Shown here one piece after another: positions 60,878-64,000 of a stretch of DNA of 64,000 nt; the first letter of the stretch is position 1, and the number at the start of each line of letters is the position of its first letter. Both the position numbers and the translations under genes were made by a program. Below the pieces are notes generated by a model. It was not told where the DNA came from. It made no database searches and saw nothing but the letters and a program-made list of their open reading frames with translations. Source of the DNA: Candidatus Obscuribacterales bacterium (lineage in GTDB: Bacteria; Cyanobacteriota; Vampirovibrionia; Obscuribacterales; Obscuribacteraceae); NCBI GenBank assembly GCA_965228855.1, contig CBDDIJ010000003.1:1120001-1184000 (forward strand). Reading direction: 5' to 3'.

Positions 60878-61708
60878 ATGCCGGCTGCTGCAGACGCGAG
60901 GACACAAAGACCGGAAGTAGATTGCGGTCAGTCGAAGCGTACCGAAGATCCCTTTTCCTACAAAACGAATTCGCGTTACCGTTGGAATGTTTTGGATTTA
61001 TTGTCGATCTTTGGCGGGCGAGCATGCGTCAGTCACATTACTTGCGACGTCGACATGTCGAATATTGAAAACGCAAGACGCCTGCAAAAAAGCACTGGTC
61101 GAGCGTCGACTGTTACAGCTTTCATTTTGAAAGCAATCGCGAGTGCCCAGGTTGTTCATCCTCAAAGCAGGACATTTCCACTTCCCTTTGGAAAAACGGT
61201 AACCTACAACGACATCGTTGCCGGATTCACCGCGGAAAAACAAATAAATGGAGAGCCCGTTGTCTTCTTCGGCGAGATTGAGGACCCCCACCTGAAAGTC
61301 ATCCCTGACCTGGCAGACGAGCTTAAAGAGTACGTTGAGAAAGATGTTATGGATGTTCCTAAGTTGAAAATTCAGGCAATGTTTTGCCGGTTTCCGTGGC
61401 TTCTTCGGCAGCTGGTTTTCGTGACCGCCCGTCATCTACCGTTCTTCCGACTATTGTGCATGAGAGCGACTTTTGGAGTTAGCTCTCTTGGTGCGCTCGG
61501 AGTGGCGATGTGCTACGGTCCGAGTGTTTGCTCGAGTGTCTTCGGCGTAGGTGTTGTCGAGAAGCGCGTTGAGGTCAGGCAAGGTCAGCTGGCTGTTCGA
61601 GACATGATGACTCTGTCTCTTAGTTTCGACCAAAACGTTATGGACGCTGCCTGCGCTGCCAGATTTCTCAATGATGTCAAAAAACTTCTTGAGTCCGGAT
61701 TGGAGTAG
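60878..61708 (+). CDS. Stand-alone 2-oxoacid dehydrogenase E2-like acyltransferase catalytic domain
   Basis: DVDMS, TAFILKAIA, ATFGVSSLG, MTLSLSFDQNVMDAACAARFL; no lipoyl domain. Confidence 0.75.
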   Translation: MPAAADARTQRPEVDCGQSKRTEDPFSYKTNSRYRWNVLDLLSIFGGRACVSHITCDVDMSNIENARRLQKSTGRASTVTAFILKAIASAQVVHPQSRTFPLPFGKTVTYNDIVAGFTAEKQINGEPVVFFGEIEDPHLKVIPDLADELKEYVEKDVMDVPKLKIQAMFCRFPWLLRQLVFVTARHLPFFRLLCMRATFGVSSLGALGVAMCYGPSVCSSVFGVGVVEKRVEVRQGQLAVRDMMTLSLSFDQNVMDAACAARFLNDVKKLLESGLE

Positions 61709-61720
61709 CGGTTTTCGAAA

Positions 61721-62689
61721 TCATCTCATTGGAATGCCTTCGTTCGGAACAACTCTAACATCGACGTTTATATAGGCTCGGTCTTTAGACGGCATGCCGT
61801 GCGCTGTTACCTTGATTGGAACATGCCAGCTCGGAAACGGCATATCCGGAATTATGAAAGTGATACTATTTGCGGTGGCGGCTGTTATCTGCGCCCTGCG
61901 CCCGCCGACTGTTACGATATTGTCATTCGCTTCAGAAGAAAAGCCACTACCGGCAATTGTGACGGGGTGCTTCGGAGGTGACGCCAGCATACTCACTCGC
62001 GTAATTCGAGGATTCGAGCGGACAGAGATGCTCCTCGGCTCGCTGTGGACATAATTGACGGATACCGTGACTGGTTGCGGTCCGGGAGGCGCATGATTCG
62101 GCAACTTTACCTTGATTTCGTCAGGCGTCGAGCTAATTGGTCTTGCATACTTGTTTCCGACATGAACCTTGATCTGATTGGTTTCATTTGAAAAATGTTT
62201 GCCATTTATAGTCATGGTGTCCGATGAGCCAACTGGATCGGGACTCAATCCGGTGAGAGTCGGACGCTGTATTAAAAACCTCCACTTCATGCGCGCACCT
62301 GTTGGACCGAAGCCCCGAACCTTAATAGAGTTATTTCCGACCCGGAGCTTTCCCGCCAGGTCTACTGAAGCGCTGTCTTGGTCTTGAAAGTCTTTGAAAT
62401 CAGCAAGCGACTCGCCGCCGAGGAATACCCTCAGGGCTGTGGCTTTCGGACGTCCGTCAGCACCATTTATGATGAGCAAACGCATGGGTAAACCTTCTTG
62501 CCCGCGCCGCAGATGCAAGTGCTCTCCCCACGTGTGCCAGGCTCCAGCTCTGGTAACAAGAGGCTTCGACTCCTGAATGACAGCCATCTCCTCGACCACG
62601 ACTGGTTGAGCCGCAGCGCTCAGAAAGAGCCCAACTATCACATGCCACGTAAGCGACCCTAATGTTTTCATGCTTCCGATAGCTCCCAT
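61721..62689 (-). CDS. Secreted IPT/TIG domain protein
   Basis: Two units: PTLTGLSP..TINGKHF and PRITRVS..TIAGSGF. Confidence 0.75.
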   Translation of the reverse strand: MGAIGSMKTLGSLTWHVIVGLFLSAAAQPVVVEEMAVIQESKPLVTRAGAWHTWGEHLHLRRGQEGLPMRLLIINGADGRPKATALRVFLGGESLADFKDFQDQDSASVDLAGKLRVGNNSIKVRGFGPTGARMKWRFLIQRPTLTGLSPDPVGSSDTMTINGKHFSNETNQIKVHVGNKYARPISSTPDEIKVKLPNHAPPGPQPVTVSVNYVHSEPRSISVRSNPRITRVSMLASPPKHPVTIAGSGFSSEANDNIVTVGGRRAQITAATANSITFIIPDMPFPSWHVPIKVTAHGMPSKDRAYINVDVRVVPNEGIPMR

Positions 62690-62993
62690 ATCGACACCAA
62701 AAGTGATACCACATTAAACCACCATTTTGTGGATGACGAGTGACTTGAATTAGATTTAAGAGGGTTATGTAAAGAGATGCCACCGACAGTGGTGGCAGAT
62801 TCTTAAAACCCTGTGCGTTACAGCGTTTGGGCGAGCGAAATATGATATAATGGTAGAAGATAAATGGCTCGCTCGGCTCGAGTCTTTGAGCGCGAGAAAG
62901 GTCTTTCGAAATTTTGTATCTTTCGTCTAAAGTGTCTTTTTCCTAGCCTCACGCTCCAACTTAGTACAAATTGAAAAAGCAGGAGGAAAGAAA

Positions 62994-63395
62994 ATGATGA
63001 CACAGAGAACCTTAAGCATAGAAAGAGACCAGAATGACGGGGCGGATTTGAAGCAGCCTCCAAAACAGTTTTACGGGCTCTATCCGAAAGCACCTCCCGT
63101 GATTGTATATCTATTTTTGATCGGTTCAACGCTGTTTGTTGGGTTTTGGCTTCTGCTGACGATCTCTTTATCGACTGTGAACCTGACCTTGGCCTGTCTG
63201 GCAATGTTTGGCGCTGTGATATTGGGATGGTTGTTCCGAAACATAGACTTGCGAGTGGATAGGCAGAAGGATCTGTTCCGCGACACGCAGCCCGCTAAGA
63301 ACAAGTGTCGGAATAGAATGGCTGACTTGAAATACCCGGGACCGGGTACATTCAGCGTAGGCGACAGGAAGCACAAGAAATCACTCCATGTCTAA
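62994..63395 (+). CDS. Small membrane hypothetical protein
   Basis: AGGAGG RBS; two TM segments. Confidence 0.65.
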   Translation: MMTQRTLSIERDQNDGADLKQPPKQFYGLYPKAPPVIVYLFLIGSTLFVGFWLLLTISLSTVNLTLACLAMFGAVILGWLFRNIDLRVDRQKDLFRDTQPAKNKCRNRMADLKYPGPGTFSVGDRKHKKSLHV

Positions 63396-63525
63396 GAGAG
63401 CAGTTCCGACGAAATTGATAGCTCTGGTTGTCACACCTTTAGCAGTAGCTATGGTTGTTTCGATCGGTTTTGTTGCTGCCAAGGTTTTTGACACTCGAGT
63501 AAATTTCGGATCGGCCCCGACCTGA
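63388..63525 (+). CDS. 45-aa single-TM small protein (absent from the ORF track)
   Basis: MSKRAVPTKLIALVVTPLAVAMVVSIGFVAAKVFDTRVNFGSAPT; ATG overlaps the end of the upstream gene. Confidence 0.45.
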   Translation: MSKRAVPTKLIALVVTPLAVAMVVSIGFVAAKVFDTRVNFGSAPT

Positions 63526-63726
63526 GTAGGGCATTGTTTGGTGCAGGCGCACCAATGATTGATCGCACATCTCGTTAGAACCGCATGACGGTCACTGCTC
63601 TCAACGACCTCGCGACTTTCACCGAAATATTGCTTGAAGAATCAGATCTCGCACTTATCTTACTTCTAGGGAACATCTACACGACCATCTCATCTATGCA
63701 GAAGACGGATGATGATGTTATTTGCT

Positions 63727-64000
63727 ATGAACGAACGATTACTCAGCACCTGGGAAAATATGCGCGACTCCACTGTTGAGTATGCGCCTGTCGTGATGGT
63801 GGCGATTGTAGTCTTCTTCCTGTTCCTGCTAGCCGCGTCCGTTCTCAGCAAAGGACTGATTCGAATTGGAAAGGAAACGAGGCTGGACGATACCCTTGCC
63901 GTTCTCTTGGCGCGCATTGGGCATACTGCTTTGACATTTTTCGGTCTCCTGGTTGCGGCTGTGATCGCGTTGCCGAACTTTCGACCTGTCGACATGTTGG
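63727..64000 (+). CDS. Probable MscS-family mechanosensitive channel, N-terminus (3' truncated by window edge)
   Basis: Manual translation MNERLLSTWENMRDSTVEYAPVVMVAIVVFFLFLL...LLARIG...LLVAAVIALPNFRPVDML; TM pattern typical of an MscS N-terminus. Confidence 0.55.
   Translation, partial: MNERLLSTWENMRDSTVEYAPVVMVAIVVFFLFLLAASVLSKGLIRIGKETRLDDTLAVLLARIGHTALTFFGLLVAAVIALPNFRPVDML

Noticed and set aside
1..64000. CRISPR array, rRNA or prophage
   Set aside because: No repeat-spacer pattern, rRNA signature or phage structural gene seen

Overview
Bacterial chromosomal segment of about 50 CDS plus one tRNA-Asn(GTT). It has no CRISPR array, rRNA, integrase or recognisable IS. The gene mix (many TPR proteins, a Ser/Thr kinase-TM-LRR protein, an Rpn/DUF4351 protein, a tRNA without encoded CCA, large signal-less DG-repeat proteins) suggests a non-photosynthetic cyanobacterial relative such as Vampirovibrionia/Obscuribacterales; this is inference only. 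The window opens on the 3' end of a type I PKS cluster whose last gene is an ACP-less KS-AT-DH-PPTase fusion. Next is an Rpn nuclease with an internal SD+ATG, consistent with a gene-within-gene antitoxin. Other notable content: an actinobacterial Sdh1-like three-gene SDH, ovothiol synthase OvoA, Firmicutes-like ChdC/HemQ, mitochondrial-type aconitase, a 951-aa LysM-like/DG-repeat/papain-like protein, a triplicated beta-sandwich protein, an orphan RHH regulator with a structured leader behind a 1.3 kb ORF-poor region, and a stand-alone E2-like acyltransferase lacking its catalytic His. All calls come from motif reading by eye; no database searches were run.
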